From NCBI GenBank assembly GCA_003553905.1, contig PWEA01000025.1, positions 1-55,624 on the forward strand: a DNA stretch of 55,624 bases. The letters are read 5' to 3'. The notes below the pieces were generated by a model, which saw nothing but the letters and a program-made list of their open reading frames with translations, had not been told where the DNA came from and did no database searches. Source of the stretch: Candidatus Aenigmatarchaeota archaeon. Its GTDB lineage: Archaea > Aenigmatarchaeota > Aenigmatarchaeia > PWEA01. The position numbers and the translations under genes are program-made. Numbering within the stretch: the first letter of the stretch is position 1; every line of letters starts with the position of its first letter. Of the stretch, positions 54,705-55,624 are shown in pieces.

Positions 54705-55624
54705 ATGAAAATAGATTTGCCAAGAGGAGTTGCAGGAATATTATTCATATTATTTTTATGTATACCATTTTTACTTTCTGCTTCAGTTGTTGCCGATGAA
54801 ACAACTGGGAATATTGGCTGGATTCTAGAATTCAATGAAACTACAGGTGGATTTGTAAGAAATATTCAAGGAAATTTCTTGGAAGGTTCCCAAGTAAATA
54901 TATCACACCGAGATAGCAACCATTACCCAGACGATTTAATCTTCGAAACGGATGGATCAGGACACTGGATGGTGGGAGAAAAACATGAGTTCCAATACTT
55001 GGGAACGAGAGAAGTAAAAATGGATATGATTGTAGAAAAAGACAACTATATTACAAACAATACAGAACTTCTGTTTGCTTTAAATCAAGACGATGAAGGC
55101 GAAGATTATTGTTACGGACCGGACGTATGTGAAATTGAAACGATAGATAAGGATCATGATATTATATGTCATGCCCAATGTGAGTTTAACAGAACACTTC
55201 AACCCGAATACGCTTACTTTGAAGTAGACATTATTGAAACAAACTCTCCCGTGACAGAAGGCCAAGATCTTGATATCGATGTTCTTGTGAACAATTTAGG
55301 AGCCGAGGAGGACACACAAGAAATTGAACTGTACGTCTCAGGTGATTATGGAACTTTATTGGATTCCAAAGAAGTAACCTTGACAGATGATTCTGAAAAA
55401 ATAACATTAACATGGAACACAGAAATAAACGATGTGGGACACTACACAATCGAAGTATTAAGCAATGACGACCAGGATCATGAGGATATAGTTGTTGAAA
55501 AATATGAGCATGATCTTGTACTGGATTCGACGGACGGTGGTTCTGTTATTGAACCAGGAGAAGGTACATTTACATATGAACATGGAGAAACGGTGGATAT
55601 CGAAGCTGAATCAGATGGCAACTA
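54705..55624 (+). CDS. Secreted surface protein (CARDB/Ig-like plus InlB B-repeat-like), partial
   Basis: Not in ORF track. MKIDLPRGVAGILFILFLCIPFLLSASVVA signal peptide; frame open to window end; NSPVTEG..VNNLG and DSTDGGSVIEPGEGTFTY. Confidence 0.85.
   Translation, partial: MKIDLPRGVAGILFILFLCIPFLLSASVVADETTGNIGWILEFNETTGGFVRNIQGNFLEGSQVNISHRDSNHYPDDLIFETDGSGHWMVGEKHEFQYLGTREVKMDMIVEKDNYITNNTELLFALNQDDEGEDYCYGPDVCEIETIDKDHDIICHAQCEFNRTLQPEYAYFEVDIIETNSPVTEGQDLDIDVLVNNLGAEEDTQEIELYVSGDYGTLLDSKEVTLTDDSEKITLTWNTEINDVGHYTIEVLSNDDQDHEDIVVEKYEHDLVLDSTDGGSVIEPGEGTFTYEHGETVDIEAESDGN

Noticed and set aside
54705-55624. Apparent non-coding or pseudogene region at the right edge
   Set aside because: Hand translation shows one uninterrupted frame that simply lacks a stop within the window

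Overview
About 40% GC, gene-dense archaeal chromosome segment. It has compact divergent promoters, GGTGA/GGAGG Shine-Dalgarno sites and many acidic proteins. The gene content (class I LysRS, GatCAB, TBP, MCM, RPA32-like, RFC-S, PINA, Lhr, archaeal MAT, GIGTTSP-repeat and pilin-like surface proteins) fits a small-genome DPANN-type archaeon, plausibly Aenigmatarchaeota-like from a saline habitat; the taxonomy is inference. I read 8 tRNA genes, 5 with introns, two of them at non-canonical positions (30/31 and 21/22). Several genes are missing from the ORF track: a ferredoxin, L40e, a Zn-finger microprotein, small peptides, two edge-truncated surface genes and one frameshifted gene. No CRISPR array, rRNA, transposase or integrase was seen. 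The best candidate for an undescribed system is the RNA architecture around an ftsZ2-type gene that lacks the usual upstream cdrS. It has an upstream ~200-nt structured region with four YUGGGCAW motifs, mostly in hairpin loops, and a 3' trailer of CCCCAC repeats plus an anti-SD-like CACCUCC ahead of a strong hairpin. Other highlights are a surface gene built from variable cassettes between near-identical 22-bp boxes, a 41-bp exact duplication inside TBP, a tandem nucleotidyltransferase-HEPN fusion, and a histone gene between two intron-containing tRNAs.
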